Part shown: piece after piece, positions 15,847 through 15,903 of the stretch
Position numbering within the stretch: position 1 is the stretch's first letter
How the letters are laid out: each line of letters begins with the position of its first letter
Assembly (NCBI GenBank): GCA_038257035.1
Contig: JBBSJT010000052.1
Coordinates: 1 to 15,903 of the forward strand
Length of the DNA stretch: 15,903 bases
Direction: 5' to 3'
Source: Chlamydiia bacterium
Lineage (GTDB): Bacteria; Chlamydiota; Chlamydiia; Chlamydiales; Parachlamydiaceae
Program-made: the position numbers and the translations under genes
The notes under the pieces: generated by a model
What the model saw: only the letters and a program-made list of their open reading frames with translations
Databases searched by the model: none
What the model was told of the DNA's origin: nothing

Positions 15847-15879
15847 TAAAAAAAAACCTTAGGAGTTTAGTCCTAAGGT
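15847..15879 (-). terminator. Terminator-like hairpin with U-tract on the minus strand, between two tRNA genes
   Basis: accttagga (15856-15864) / tcctaaggt (15871-15879) form a 9-bp stem. The A-run at 15848-15856 gives a U-tract on the minus strand. Confidence 0.55.
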
Positions 15880-15890
15880 CTAACGATAAA

Positions 15891-15903
15891 TAGCGGGGAA
15901 AGG
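15891..15903 (-). tRNA. 3' tip of a second tRNA truncated by the window edge (possibly initiator tRNA-fMet)
   Basis: The minus strand reads ...CCTTTCCCCGCTA, resembling a T-stem/acceptor 3' end (CCCCGC is typical of fMet). Only 13 nt are visible. Confidence 0.45.

Overview
AT-rich bacterial window, most consistent with an environmental Chlamydiae (Parachlamydiales-like) genome. This is an inference from a long-clade PPi-dependent PFK next to an alpha/beta hydrolase, orphan eukaryote-like ORFs and tRNAs without encoded CCA. The left half holds conserved genes on the minus strand (sdaA, alpha/beta hydrolase, pfp, dacB), then a small membrane protein divergent from a VOC ring-cleaving dioxygenase. 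From 7.5 to 14.8 kb lies a run of orphan, effector-like ORFs: a 730-aa protein with an Inc-like hydrophobic hairpin, novel 70-aa repeats and a C-terminal F-box-like motif; a 495-aa ORF with an F-box-like N-terminus; two diverged paralogous membrane proteins; and a secreted beta-rich protein. The window ends with tRNA-Met(CAT) and the 3' tip of a second tRNA. The most striking unexplained signal is three sequence-unrelated families of large intergenic palindromic elements (3201-3453 with a further copy at 40-73; 7331-7539; ~15065-15646). Two of them share a REP/REPIN-like architecture, and the 7331 element shows compensatory base changes. No transposase is present in the window.
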